Assembly: GCF_009914755.1 (NCBI RefSeq)
Contig: NC_060948.1
Reading direction: 5' to 3' (one strand)
DNA length: 64,000 nucleotides
Origin: the human T2T-CHM13v2.0 reference genome, Homo sapiens
Both the position numbers and the translations under genes were made by a program. The stretch's first letter is position 1. Each line of letters starts with the position of its first letter. The notes below the pieces were generated by a model that was not told the origin of the DNA, made no database searches, and worked only from the letters and a program-made list of their open reading frames with translations. Shown in pieces: positions 1 to 13,542 of the stretch.

Positions 1-107
1 CACCTCCTCCACAAAGAAGGTCCAAATAGCAAATAGATGACTATGCACTGAATTGAACATCTTTGGGAGAATGCTGGAATTCAGCAGGGAAGTGACTGTG
101 ACTCTCT

Positions 108-908
108 TGGGAAAACTGGCTAGCCATATGCAGAAAACTGAAACTGGATCCCTTTCTTACACCGTTTACAAAAATCAACTCAAGATGGATCAAAGACTTA
201 AATGTAAGACCTAGGACCATTAAAATCCTAGAAGAAAACCTGGGCAATGCCAATGAAGACACAGGCATAGGCAAAGACTTTATGTCCAAAACACAAAAAG
301 CAATGGCAACAAAAGACAAAATTGACAGATGGGATCTAACTAAACTAAAGAGCAAAATAAACTATCCTCAGAGTGAACAGCCAACTTATGGAATGGGAGA
401 AAATTTTTGCAATCTCTCCATCTGACAAAGGGCTAATATCTGGAATCTACAAAGAACTTAAACCATTTTACAAGAATAAAACAAGCAACCCCATAAAAAA
501 AGAGCAAATGATATTAACAGACACTACTCAAAAGAAGACATTTATGCAGCCAACAGACTTATAAAAAATGCTCCTCATCAGTGGTCATTAGTGAAATGCA
601 AATCAAAACCAAAGTGAGAGACCATCTCACTCTGGTTAGAATGGCAATCATTAAAAGTCAGGAAACAACAGATGCTGGAGAGCTTGTGGAAAAACAGGAA
701 TGCTTTTACACTGTCGGTGAGAGTGTAAATTAGTTCAACCATTGTGGAAGACAGTGTGGCAATTACTCAAAGATCTAGAACTGGAAATACCATTTGACAC
801 AGCAACCCCATTACTGGGAATATACCAAAGGATTATAAATCATTCTCCATAAAGACACGTGCACACGTATGTTTATTGCAGCACTATTCACAATAGCAAA
901 CACTTGGA
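108..908 (+). mobile_element. LINE-1 (L1PA-type) ORF2 3' region fragment, truncated at both ends
   Basis: Typical L1 ORF2 sequence (gggaaaactggctagccatatgcagaaaactgaaactggatccc ... ccatttgacacagcaaccccattactggg); ORF 373-564 is ORF2-like ([23 protein letters not shown]); stops at caatagcaaacacttgga. Confidence 0.92.
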
Positions 909-1031
909 CCCCCAAAAAATAAGATGAAGAAAGGCACCATGCGGTCAAGTTAGTGAGTAATCACTAAGTCATTGGTCTGCACTCGAGGTCACCACGTTCT
1001 GGCGGAAGTTCATTCAAGCTGAGTTTTCATT

Positions 1032-2440
1032 ATGGGACAACAGTTATCAGCACCACAGAAACAGTATATAAAACTATTGAAGCAGCTGCTTAGGTCTAGG
1101 AGAGTTTCAGTTTCACAGGTTCAATTAAGGAAATTATAAACTGTGGTCACATATAATCCGTGACTTCCAGAAGAAGGAACCCTACACGTAGAACTGTGGC
1201 AACAAGTAGGGAGAAATCTTAAACAATATTATGCACAGGGGCATCAGGTCCCAGCATCAGCTTTAACACGATGGGCTTTACTAAGGATGGCTTTAGTCCC
1301 ATTATACACAGAAGAGCCTAAAAAGGAGAAGGAGGGAGAAAGGTGACCTGCCTTATCACCTCCTTTTCCCTCAGTCCCACTATCACCGGGATAAAATAAC
1401 AAAAAGTAAATGGAGGGTTTGCCTGACCCCCTCTTACTATAAGTAGAAAAAAAGACAAGAAACGTACTTCAGCTATGGGACCTTGTCTTAAACAAGCAGC
1501 ATTAGAAGGAGAGTTCTTAGCCTGTCCAGTAATGCAAGACCGACATGGTAATCAAGTATATGAACCCGTTTCCTTTCACACTTACAAATAACTAAGAAAA
1601 AGCATTAAAGAAAACGCTCCCACTAGACCATTTACAAAAGGAATGATTGAGGCCTTAGCAGACCACTTCTGTATGGCCCAATGGAACTGGTCAATTCTGG
1701 CTAAAGCAACTCTGGAGCCTAGCCCATACCTCCTCTGGAAGGCAGAATATGATGAGCTGTGTGAACAAGAAGCCAACCAGAATCAGGCGGCGGGGCAAAA
1801 TATAACTGCTGATAAGCTCCAAGGGAAAAGTCCTCATGCTGATGTACAACAACAACTAAATTTTGATCCCCAGGCCTATGATCAAGTGTCTTTGTGTGCT
1901 CTCAGAGCTTGGGACTGAATTCCCAAGAGCTGACTGAGTTCAGCAGGTGTCTTTCGTAAATATTTGACAAGGGCCTCAGGAGCAATTTGTTGAGTTTATG
2001 GATCACTTAATTCAGGCAATTAAGAGGCAAATCAGTCACACCCAGTCCACTCCTATCTTATTGTTGCAGTTGGCTTTCAAAAACATTAATGTGGATTGCC
2101 AGCAGGCAATGCAGGCAATCAAAGGAAAGGCAGGCACCGTCAGGGAGCTGATATAAGCATGTCACCTGGTAGGAACTGAGACAAACGAGGCCAGAATATT
2201 AGCTATGGCATTAAGGCCTCCTAAAGTGAGAAGGGAGAGAAAGCAAAATCATTTTCTATGTGGAGTGAAAGGTCATGTGAAGAGGAAATGCCCCCATAGT
2301 AAAAAGCAAGCTAACTCAGGGAAAGGACCCTTTTCTATATGTCCTGGATGTAGGAAAGGGAGACGTTAGGAAAATCAATGCAGGTCTAAATTTGATAAAA
2401 ATAGCCATCTCATAGGAAATCAGTTGGGAAACTTCATGAG
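1032..2440 (+). pseudogene. gag: ERV gag remnant (MA-CA-NC)
   Basis: ATG at 1032 (MGQQLSAPQKQYIKLLKQLL); CA-like ORF 1643-1918 (YLLWKAEYDELCEQEANQN); two degenerate zinc knuckles at ~2250-2385; many stops. Confidence 0.85.
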
Positions 2441-2460
2441 GGGACGGCCCCAGGCCCCAC
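2426..2460 (+). promoter_or_regulatory. gag-pro -1 ribosomal frameshift signal
   Basis: Slippery heptamer GGGAAAC at 2426-2432 followed by GC-rich ggggacggccccaggcccc, as in betaretroviral gag/pro junctions. Confidence 0.7.
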
Positions 2461-3214
2461 TCCCAACTGGGGCAATGCCAACAGCTTTCCTCGGTTGGCT
2501 AGAAAGCCCACAGTCCTCTCTCTCAGAGCAGTCACTACTGGGAGTGCATGACTGGACTTACTCTGCTCTGCCAAATTAGTGCTACAAGAGGAAGAAGGCC
2601 CTGCAAGGGTTGAGACTGGGATCTGTGGCCCGCTGCCTCCAGGAACAGCAGGATTATGCCTGGGGCAGTCTAGCCTATCTGTAAAGGAATTAATGTGCTC
2701 CTTGGGGTAGTTGATAGTGATGACCAAGGTGAGATATTGGTTATGATGGAATGTAAAGGTCTGCATGTTCTTCCCCCTGGATCAAAAAATAGCTTAGTTA
2801 AAGATTTTACCATGCTGGGTCCCTAATGCCCATGAGAAGGAAAGGGGAAAGTGAAGTTTTGGAAGCACAGGAGCATATTGGAATCAATTAATCACTGATC
2901 AGAGATGCATGATTACCTTAAAAATTGGTAATAAGAATTTTACTGGCTTATTGGGCACAGGGGTGGACATTTCAATCATTAGTGATCAGAACTGGTCAAA
3001 AATCTGTCCTTGGGTCACTCAGAAACAGAAAACTGTCAGCAACAGGAAAGCATACACAGCCAAACAGAGCACATGCCCCTGAACCTGCTGTGATTCAGAA
3101 GGAAAAAAGGCATTATACAACCTCTGATTGTGCCCATCCCTGCTAATCTTTCAGGATGGGACCTATTAGCCCAATGGTGGGGCGGGGGGGCACTCTGCAG
3201 ACCCCTTTCTAACA
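2433..3214 (+). pseudogene. pro: ERV pro remnant (dUTPase plus aspartic protease)
   Basis: dUTPase motifs GSA*LDL, GVVDSDDQGEI and SFGSTG; protease FTGLLGTGVDISII (DTG changed to GTG at 2954-2962) and GWDLL. Confidence 0.85.
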
Positions 3215-5800
3215 ATGGCCACTCTTGTTATTCCTCCACTACCTCTGACTTGGATGTCTCAACACCTGGTCTGGGTAGCACAGTGGCCTCTGAAGGGAGA
3301 GAAATTACAGGGAACTCATGAGTTTGTTGAGGAGCCATTAAAGGCTGGACATCTTGAACATTCTACCAGCCCCTGGAATTCGCCTATTTTTGTCATTCCC
3401 AAAAAGTCTTGGAAACAGAGGTTTTTAAATGACTTACATGATATTAATGCTAATTTACAGCCCATGGGACCCCTTCAAAAGGCCTCCCCTCCCCCACAGT
3501 GATTACTCAAGATTGGCCTATAATTGTTATTGACTTAAAAGATTGCTTCTATACCATTCCTCCAGCAGAACAGGAGAGAGAGAACTTTGTGTTTACAATA
3601 CCAGCTGTCAATAATGAAAAGTCAGCTTGTCAATTTCACTGGCAAGTGCTTCCTCAAGGAATGCTAAATAGTCCTACCATGAGTCAGTATCATGTTAATC
3701 AAGCTCTGCTCCCTAGTAGAAAAGAATTTCCTGACTGTAAAATTATTCATCCTATAGATGATATTGTACTAGCAGCCTGAACAGATCAATACTTTTACAT
3801 TTGTTTACCTCTGTCCTAAAGAATACACAGCTGAGAAGTTTAGTCATTGCACCTGGAAAACTACAAGTGTCCAATGTCCTCTCCTTGGAAATACCTTGGA
3901 TATCTGTTAACCTCCTGGTCAGTAAGACCTCAAAAGGTTAAACTAAGTACTAGCAACTTATACACCCTAAATGATTATCAGAAATTACTGGGTGATATTA
4001 CCTGGCTCCATCCCATTTTGGGAATTCCTAAAAATAAACTACAAAACCTGTTTTCTATCTTAAAGGGCAATCCAGCTCTTGATTCTCCCAGATATTTAAT
4101 CCCTGCAGCAAAAAGAGAAATCGAGGAAATTGAGCAAGCCATCTCTGAGAGACGGCTAGATCGCATTGATCCATGGTATTCAATTCAGTTGTATATCTTT
4201 CCCAGCAAACACTCCCATGCAGGGTTACTAGGACAAATGACCCCTGGGCTACGTTTCCTACAATGGTTTTTTGCTCACATAACCGAGACTAAAATACTGT
4301 CTCCCGATATTCAGTTAATTACTAGAGTCATCTATTCAGGTTGCAAACGTTGCAATCATTTACTAAGTTATGACCCTGATGTCATCAGGATCCCTTTAAA
4401 AAGCAATTAGAAGCAGGATTACCTTTGTCAATACACCTGCAAATAGCTTTCTCTGATTACACAGGGCAAATAGAGCACATCCTCTCTGCTGATAAACTCC
4501 TTCATTTCTTATCTCACACTCCGACAATATTGCCTATAAAAATAATTTACTCCCCCATGCATAATCCTTTAACACTGTTTATCAATGGGTCGGCTAAACA
4601 TGGAAAAGCAGCAGCCTGGAGACCCCAGAATTCAATCACTCAATCTGGGTTAACTAGCACTCGGAGAGCTGCAACTGGGGCTCTGATTTTGGCCTTAGAA
4701 ACTTTTTCCACTCAGCCCATAAATATAGTTAGTGATTCTGCATACTCACTTCATTTATTACAAAAGTTTGAAACAGCACTGATTAAGTCCACTCTGGAGC
4801 CAGCCCTGTTTACTCTTTTTCTCTGACTTCAGCAATTGCTAGATCAATGTGCACATCCTATTGTTATTACCCACATGCGAACTCACAGCTCACTGCCTGA
4901 TCCGTTGGTTTATGGCAATGAACAAGCTGACCTTCAGGTTATGACATCACTGCTAGACCAAGCCACTCAATCACATCCATTTTTCCACCAAATATTGGAG
5001 AAACTTATCTAAACAATTTCAAGTAGCCCAGAGACTGGCTAAACAAATTATCCTACAATGCCCAGATTGTCAACTCACAGGCACGTCCCCTCCTTCTAGA
5101 GATGTGCACCCTAGAGAATTGGAAACTAATCAGTTGTGGCAAACAGATGTTACAGACATCCCTGAATTTGGGAAGCTAAGATATGGCATGTATCCCTTGA
5201 TACCAACACTCATTTAATTAGTGCAGATGCTTTGCCTGGAGAGCCTACTCGAAATGTCATTAAACATCTTCTTTTAACTTTTGCATTTATGGGGTGACCC
5301 ACAAAAATTAAGATGGATAATGGCCCAGCTTATACCAGCTCAAAATTTAAAAAAAATTGTGACACATGCAATATTCAACATTCCACAGGCATCCCATAAA
5401 ACCCCCAAGGACAGGCAATAGTAGAACATGCACACTTCACCCTTAAAAATATGGACAAAGAACAGAAAAAGGGGAATATAGGTAAGGCTCCTGCAACACT
5501 ACTGGCACAAGCCTTATTTACCCTTAATGTTTAAAATTTGGTGTCAAATTGCAATCAGCTATAGAAAAGCACTTTGCTAAAACCTCTCAAGGCATAAAAC
5601 CTGCAGTTTTATAGAAAGATGTAAACAGTAATGAATGGTGTGGTCCTAGCAAATTATTAACACTGGGGAGACGGTATGCTTGTGTTTACATTCCATCAGG
5701 TCCTCTTTGGATTCCAGCATGAGGCATCAAACCATACCATGGTGTAGCTAGGATCCAACCCAGTACCAGAATTGAAAGAGTTAACCCTGCAAGACCCACA
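3215..5800 (+). pseudogene. pol: ERV pol remnant (RT, RNase H, integrase)
   Basis: [38 protein letters not shown], YxDD changed to PIDD (3751-3762), INIVSDSAY, integrase CPDC, WQTDVT and DNGPAY; frameshifts and stops throughout. Confidence 0.92.
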
Positions 5801-5853
5801 GTTCTAGAGGATGCGGCTTCCACAGACAACACAGCCCTGGACATTAGCTGGGG

Positions 5854-7600
5854 ATGCTGAAGAGGACAACTCAGGAGACTGAACAAATCCTGCTCTGGAC
5901 ACAGACACCATTTACTCCAGATAATTTTTTTCTTGCTATGCTTTCTATTGTACATTGGGATTCATATAGGGTATTGATCCTTTTTATCCTCTTGCTTTGT
6001 CTGCAACCTGTACCTGCTACACTCTATTGGGCTCATATATTAGGCCCACTTTTCTTTCACCCTGTCACCTGGGCAGACACTCCCTTCCCAGTCTACAATA
6101 ATGTGACCGCTTGGCAAGGAAGGATAGAATTACCCCCCAGCAGGGTCCCTCAATAATGGCAAACATTGGACTAAGGTGCCAGATAACACTACATATCACT
6201 CCACTATCCTCCCACTGCATGTAAGTTATAAAGGCTCTAACCCTTACTGCGTACCTGGCCAAAGACAAGTATGGCTACATCATGGCAAAGAAAATGCCTT
6301 AACATTTTTAGCTATAGGTAGCCTCAAACTGGGCAATGCAATCCATGCTTCTTTCCCAAGTAGTCCTTCCTGTGCCAAAGAGCAGAGCTGAGAGAGTAAT
6401 GAATTTCACTTTAGCTGTGAAGTCGGTCATGGGAAACAAGCCTATAGCCTCCAGTTTAGCAATTAAAACATTTTAGACTGGAGTCCCCATGGCCAATTGC
6501 AGGGCAGCCTTACAAATGTCTTTGACCATCATAGCATTAATCACTGTTTCATAGCCACTTCTCGTTCCCCTCTAATTTGGGCTGATGGGGAGATGGGATA
6601 TCCCCAGATCCCAAGTAAAGTCCATGCCAATCCAAGGCATGTTATGGTGCCTGGGACATCTTAGTACCTACCTTAACACCTGCCATGGGAGATAAAATAA
6701 TTCCAGCTGCAACTACACTATAGTCTTTATTCATATTCACACTGATCAGTGGCTGGTTTGCACTACCCATCCATATGTTTTGCTTATGGGAACTAACATT
6801 TCCATTACCACTGGAAACTCCACATTTATGACCTGGGTGCAGGGACAGGCTTGGTTTGCCTCATGTATCACTAGTCACAATGTATCTAAATTAAAAACTT
6901 CTAGTGTCATGGTATTAAGGAGACAATCTGAGGCATTTCTACCAGTCAATCTGACAACTGATTGACAAGCTGCCTCTGCCCTTGTTACCTTAGAATGTGC
7001 CCTGTCCCAGGTCAGACACAAAAGATTCACATTTACACTTACGGCCTTTATAGTCTCAGCCATAGGCGTTCTGGCAATGGCTAGTGTTGCTGTTGCATCT
7101 ATAACTGAATCAGTACAAACAGCTGCTTTTGTAGATAATCTGGCCAGAAATGTAAGTAATGAACTTCTCTTACAGTAAGGGAAGAATGTGTGAGAGAGTG
7201 ACAAGATGCACTAGCATTCTGTCAACAGTTAAACTGTGACTGGGAACATAAACACACTTGTGTCACTTCTCTACCATTGAATCAATCAATGCATAGTTGG
7301 GATGAGGTGAAACAACACCTCTGGGGCAACTTTCATAACAATTTAACAGCAGATATGAAGCAACTTAAAACTAAAATTTTGGAATCTGTTCACACCTTAG
7401 ATCTGCAGACCCAACAAACAGCCATGTGGAAGGGTGTACAAGATCATCTCTCCTAGTTCCATGCTCACTCCTGGGGGACACTCTTTGACTGGAAAAAAAT
7501 TTTGCTAATTATGCTCATGTTTGTCTTATGTTATTTGCTAATCCTAGGATGCAAAGTCTAAATAAGAGCAGTGACTGCCTCATCTGAAAATCCTGTGGCT
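5854..7600 (+). pseudogene. env: ERV env remnant
   Basis: Signal-peptide-like ILFILLLCLQPVPATLYWAHI; furin site RHKR at 7014-7025 followed by hydrophobic fusion peptide; TM CX7C (CDWEHKHTC) at 7235-7261; hydrophobic anchor at ~7500. Confidence 0.85.
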
Positions 7601-7658
7601 GCACATATCTGTGCTCTGCAATCAAAAAACCCTAATAAAGAAAACAAAAATGGAGAAA

Positions 7659-8259
7659 TGTTGGGATTCATTCAGGATGGTCGCAGAAATATTAAAGGGA
7701 AATATTAGGAAAAGTTCTAGGGAATAGTCACAAAACTTTTGGATGGCCAAAAGGTCACATAGCTTGTAATAATTGAGCAGGCTGAAGGCAGCCAGTTCTT
7801 ACCTTAGAATATTAGGTCATAGGGTAAATATGAGGGACAATAGAGGCTTCCCTAGATAAGTCTGTTTATCCTACCTCCATCAACTAACTTTTGAGCCAGA
7901 CAGCCCTCTCAGAAGGAGGTCAACCAAGGGTATTGCCCCCTAATGGTATTTACTTTAGACCAGGGTACCTGAGCTTTAATTATTCATAGAACTGCTGTCT
8001 TAACCATGTTTATTATCCTCAAGTGTATTTACTCAAGGCTTCTGTTGGTCGTTGTATACTAAATCAATGCCTGGAGTGCCAGCTGCTCAGGGCTGGCTGC
8101 AGTGACAAACCTTTCTTGGTGTGCAGGCGGTCAGATACAGCAGGACTGGCAGAACAGAATATCTTTGTATCAGTGTACATTTTATTCATCCATCGTTTGG
8201 GTCAGGACCCGCAGGCAGACCCCCACAGCTAATGCCCTTTTGTGAGGAGGAATAACTCA
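7659..8259 (+). mobile_element. 3' LTR, LTR22 family
   Basis: Follows purine tract aaaacaaaaatggagaaa; starts TG (tgttgggattcattcaggatgg), ends CA; resembles the recalled LTR22 consensus. Confidence 0.82.
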
Positions 8260-8814
8260 GTTAGGAAACTCAAACTACTGGTAGTTCAACTCAGGGTAGT
8301 TGAGTTTGAGTCCCACTAATTTAGAGAGAGTAGACAAAAACCTTTGGCTTCCTATTGAAATTGCAGAAGGGATACACTTCAGGAAGAAAATCTATAAGCC
8401 AGGAATAAAGAATTCAAAATGAGAATAAGGATAAGATCCCAACAATCTCATCCTAATAAAGTATAAGACAAAGGTTCTACAACATCTGTATGACTAGCCA
8501 ACAATTTCTGCTAGAACAAATGCCAGCCTTTTTCAGAGAAAGAAAATAAATCCATTCTCTAAACATGCAACTGCAATTCACAGAAAAATGTTGTTACGTA
8601 TACAAAGAAACAAGAGCATATTGAGATAGGAGAGATAAATAAGAAGTCAGACTGCTCCATGACCCAGATATTGGAATTAACACACAATTAAAACCGTGTG
8701 TTCAAGGACTTAAAAGATAAAAAGGCTGTATTAGCAGAGAGAATTCAATATCTGAGAAATTTTAAAAGTGGATGCTTTTAGCAAGACTTGGAGAAGAAAA
8801 TAAGTAAGGTCAAT

Positions 8815-8980
8815 GTTCAAGAATGTGGTAAGCAGTATGGCTTCTAGATGCTAGAAAAAATAAAGGGAATGACTCTCTGGTAGAGACTCTAGAAGAAATG
8901 CAGCCTTGCCTACACTTTGGTTATAGTTTACTGGCCCCGTTTCAGACTTCTGACATCCATAGCTGTGAGAAAATAAAGTG
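8815..8980 (+). mobile_element. MLT1-type MaLR LTR fragment
   Basis: ...agaagaaatgcagccttgcctacac...ttcagacttctgacatccatagctgtgagaaaataaa. Confidence 0.6.
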
Positions 8981-9916
8981 TAATCTAAGATCTGAAGAAA
9001 ATGAAAGTGTCAGTCTGAGAAGACTAACAGAAAACAGTATGGGAAAAAAGCAAAGGGGAAAAGCTGTGAACCAAGACAGAACTTGAAAACATGGGCAACT
9101 TGAATCAAATATTATTGACTCTGGAATAAGGGGTGGGCCTGAGATATGAGGTTAGAGCATTGGAGAGCAGGCACACCATGAGGGCCTTGTGGATGCTGGT
9201 AAAGCAAGTAGTTACTTTCTGAGACATATCCTCCACAAACACATTCCTTAAGAAGAGTGACTTAATATAATTTATATTTTTAAAAAAGGGAGTATTACAG
9301 AGAATAAATTTGAGAAGGCAAGAGTGAGAAGGTGTTAAATTTTAGGAAAGCTATTTCAGTAGATGAAGCAAAATATAATCGTGGCTTGGATTTACGGTGG
9401 ATATTTAGAGCAGAGCATACTTTGATTGGGGATATTCCGAAACTAAGTTTAGCAGGACTGAATTATGGATTTGATGTAAAGCTTTAAGGAAGAAAGAAAT
9501 TGAGGATAACACTTTGGTGTTTTGTCTTGAGTGTTCGATAGTGGCTTACAGGTTTTTAGCAGTGAATGCCACTGTTAATAAAAGACTCAGTTGGAAACTG
9601 ATGATGGGACTGCCTGAATGCAAAGCTCCTGTTTTTTACAAGCTGAAAAATCATCCCTACTTGGTCCCAGGATTTCTATATATAAAAAATAAAAAAGGAA
9701 AAAAGTTGTGAAACCAATATGATTTATCTCAGTTTTGTAATTCTCTGAGACTTTTACTCAATTCCTTGGTCTGCAAATCAAAAAACAAGAACTGAATTAA
9801 TGTATATCCAATTTGTTACCCAAATGTGTTCATCTAACAAATTCAACACTCACACACACATTGACATACACATAGCCAAGAAATAATGAAATATATTGTA
9901 AAGTACAAGAACTTGG

Positions 9917-10250
9917 GGCTGGGCATGGTGGCTGATGCCTGTAATCCTAGCATTTTGGGAGGCTGAGGTGGGTGGATCACGAGGTCAGGAGTTCAAGACC
10001 AGCTTGGCCAAAATGGTGAAACCTTGTCTCTACTAAAAATACAAAAATTAGCTGGGAGTGGTGGCGGGTGCCTGTAATCCCAGCTACTCGGGAGGCTTAT
10101 GCAGAGAATTACTTGAACCCTGGAGGTGGAGGAGGATGCAGTGAGCTGAGATTGCACCACTGCACTCCAGCCTGGGAGAGAGAGTGAGACTCCATCTCAA
10201 AAGAAAAAACAAAACCAAACCACAACAAAACAAAACAAAACAAAAAAAAC
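9917..10250 (+). mobile_element. AluS element with (AAAAC)n tail
   Basis: Full dimeric Alu sequence. Confidence 0.95.
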
Positions 10251-11210
10251 TTGAAACCACAAATACACTTGTTTTTGAGTCTCGGCACTAGCACTTTCTG
10301 ACATGTGTCATTATATATGTCATTTAACCTTTATGAAACTCAGTTTTTTAATAAATAAAAGCATATATTAATACTCACAACATTGTAAGCATATTAACCA
10401 AATTATATTTGACCGTAAAATTAAAAACTAGAAGTACATGTTGGTTTTTCAGTGCTCTTACAAAAAATTAATCATTATAACATTTGAAAATAAGAAGATG
10501 TGGAAGATAAATTAATACTTTTCTTTTCTTCTTCCAATTTCAAATATAAGCACTCATAGCAATTTGACAATAATTTTCATGAAGTTAATTTTGCATATAA
10601 AACATCTGCAAAGATTATGTTCACATTTACAAAACTGAAACTGCTATACACACATCCATGTACACACATAATACATGCACATTCTATAATTTGCCTTTGC
10701 TAAAATACACATTTTAGATTTTCTTCCAAAGCAACACATGTATCAATCTTATTTGCATTAATAGCTACATAATAATCAATATTATATTTATACCAAGGTT
10801 TCAATTGATGCACCATTTAATCTTTCTGATTTTGAGGACAGTTCTAACATTCCAAATCTTTTATATTAATAACAATGCTATAATAAACATGGTGGTATAT
10901 TTATCTTTTATTCTTGGTGATGTTATTTGTATTTAATAAGTGGTACAAAATGTGAAAACTTGGCCAAGTGCTGTAAGTACTGTGCATTGAAATTATTTAA
11001 ATACTAAATTTATGTAATATTAAATAAAATTATAACTATTTATGTATCAAATTACTTTCCAAAACCCTTGTAGTAATCACATTTCTTCTAGCACTTACAA
11101 TTTCATCAACAATGGATGCTACTATTAGTTTTTATTTTTGTAAACTAATGAATGTTTTATCTATTATCTTAACTTCACTTTTTTTTTGAGAACTGGAAAT
11201 TTTGTTTTAT

Positions 11211-11540
11211 TGTTACTGATCTCTAGGATGTTGATTGTTTTTCTAGCCAGAAACGTCTGTGGCTGTGACACCTTTGCCTGAGATCTTGTCCTGTGTCAGG
11301 AAGAATGAGGTAGAATGAGGTATGCAGACAAGTGAATGGTGAACAAGAAGAAACATTCTACTTAGTGTTAGTACAGCTCAGAGGAATGGTTTGCTCCTCT
11401 CTGTAGGCAGGTTTTCCAGTCGAGTGTTCAGCTCTTAGCAGAGAGGAGGCCCTGGAGAGCGTGGCTCTTCTCCATGGCAAAGTCATTCAAGTCTCTGCAG
11501 ACCTCTGAAACTGTCAGCAGAGACAGTAGCTCCTCTCTGT
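11211..11540 (-). mobile_element. MER52-family ERV1 LTR fragment
   Basis: agccagaaacgtctgtggctgtgacacctttgcctgag...aggaagaatgaggtatgcagacaagtg resembles the recalled MER52 consensus. Confidence 0.7.
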
Positions 11541-12014
11541 TTGTGTCCTATATGTAATGCTAAGAAAATACTGATGTTGAGCTTTAAAGCAACATTTCAC
11601 TATCTTTCTCCACTGGCAATGCTCTTATTAAAATATAAGTAATCATTTGGCTTATACAGTATCATATTATGAAATGTAATGAGAGGCACCTACTTACAAT
11701 TTTTAGATTTCAATTTTGGTAATGAATATTGGCTTTGCCAGACACTCATGTAAGATGTACATCTAAAGTTTAATTTATGTTATTTGGATATTATTTCATT
11801 AAATATCTAAATATTGGAAAGCATTAATCAATGTGTTTCACTTCAGAAATGCCTGCCATATATCTTTCATATTTGTTAATCAAATGAAGTCTTGGCAAAT
11901 TCAAATTTTTACAGCTTAGAAATTTTCAAGGAAAATGCAATGCACAAAATCATAAATGGTGATATTATCCCAAATCTTAAGTCAAGTAACATGTCATTAA
12001 GAAACACATAAATT

Positions 12015-12395
12015 GGCACATATACACCATGGAATACTATGCAGCCATAAAATATGATGAGGGACATGGATGAAACTGGAAACCATCATTCTCAGTCAAC
12101 TATTGCAAGGACAAAAAACCAAACACCGCATATTCTCACTCACAGGTGGGAACTGAACAATGAGAACACATGGACACGGGAAGGGGAACATCACACACTG
12201 GGGACTGTTGTGGGGTGGGGGGAGTGGGGAGGGATAGCATTAGGAGATATACCTAATGCTAAATGACAAGTTAATGGGTGCAGCACACCAACATGACACA
12301 TGTATACATATGTAACAAACCTGCATGTTGTGCACATGTACCCTAAAACTTAAAGTATAATAATAACTAACTAAATAAATAAATAAATAAAAAGA
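12015..12395 (+). mobile_element. 5'-truncated young L1PA 3' end
   Basis: L1 3' UTR with G-rich tract, ggagatatacctaatgctaaatgac, and (TAAA)n tail. Confidence 0.93.
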
Positions 12396-12833
12396 AAAAT
12401 ATTTAATGAAATGTCGAAAGATATCTTAGAAAGCAAGTTGACTATTGTGTACTAATTGTGTAGAAATCCAGAATAGCAGAAATAAGAGTAACAACTACTC
12501 ACTATTTCATCAGACAAAATATGGGAAATCATCTTTAAATACAAAAACATACTTATAATGAAAAACACTGGGTTTTTATTTGGTAGAAGTGTATTCAACC
12601 TTCCCGATGGCAGGACTGGGCTGAATATTATATCAAAGACACTGATAGCTAATTAAAAGCATGTATGGATGCTGTGAAATGTGAGAACATAAGCAGAAGG
12701 AATCTCTTTCCCAATCTGCTCTTCCACTTCTCTCCCTCAACCTCATGTAGCCTGACATGGGACAGTTGGCAGATACTTCATTCCAAGGAGTGAGACTAGC
12801 AAGGCCAAATCTTTGATTTGAATTAGCACATAG

Positions 12834-13127
<294 letters not shown>

Positions 13128-13233
13128 TAAAAAAATGGAAATTTGGATGTTATTAGATTCTTTCTTGTGTAGGACTTTCTTGCAGGAGTAAAGTATAACA
13201 GTATGTTTCTTTCTTTAGGTTGAAAAAAAAGTA

Positions 13234-13540
13234 CCAGTCTGGCATGGTGACTCATGCCTGTAATCCCAGAACTTTGGGAGGCTGACGAGAGTGGATCACC
13301 TGAGGTCAGGAGTTCCAGACCCTCCTGGCCAACATGGTGAAACCCCATCTCTATCAAAAATACAAAAATTAGTTGGATGTGGTGGCATGCACCTGGATTT
13401 CCAGTTACTCTGGAGGCTGAGGGAGGAGAATCACTTGAACCTGGGAGGCAGTTGTAGTCAGCTGAAATCATGCCACTGCAGTCCAGACTGGGCAACAGAG
13501 TGAAACTCCACCTCAAAAATAAATAAATAAATAAAATACA
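13234..13540 (+). mobile_element. AluS element
   Basis: Dimeric Alu with (AATA)n tail. Confidence 0.93.
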
Positions 13541-13542
13541 AT

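Larger units (their letters stand above)
909..8259 (+). mobile_element. HERV-K(HML-5)/HERVK22 betaretrovirus-like provirus, degenerate, lacking 5' LTR and PBS
   Basis: Colinear gag, dUTPase-protease, RT-RNaseH-integrase and env remnants, purine tract, and an LTR22-like 3' LTR. Confidence 0.88.
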
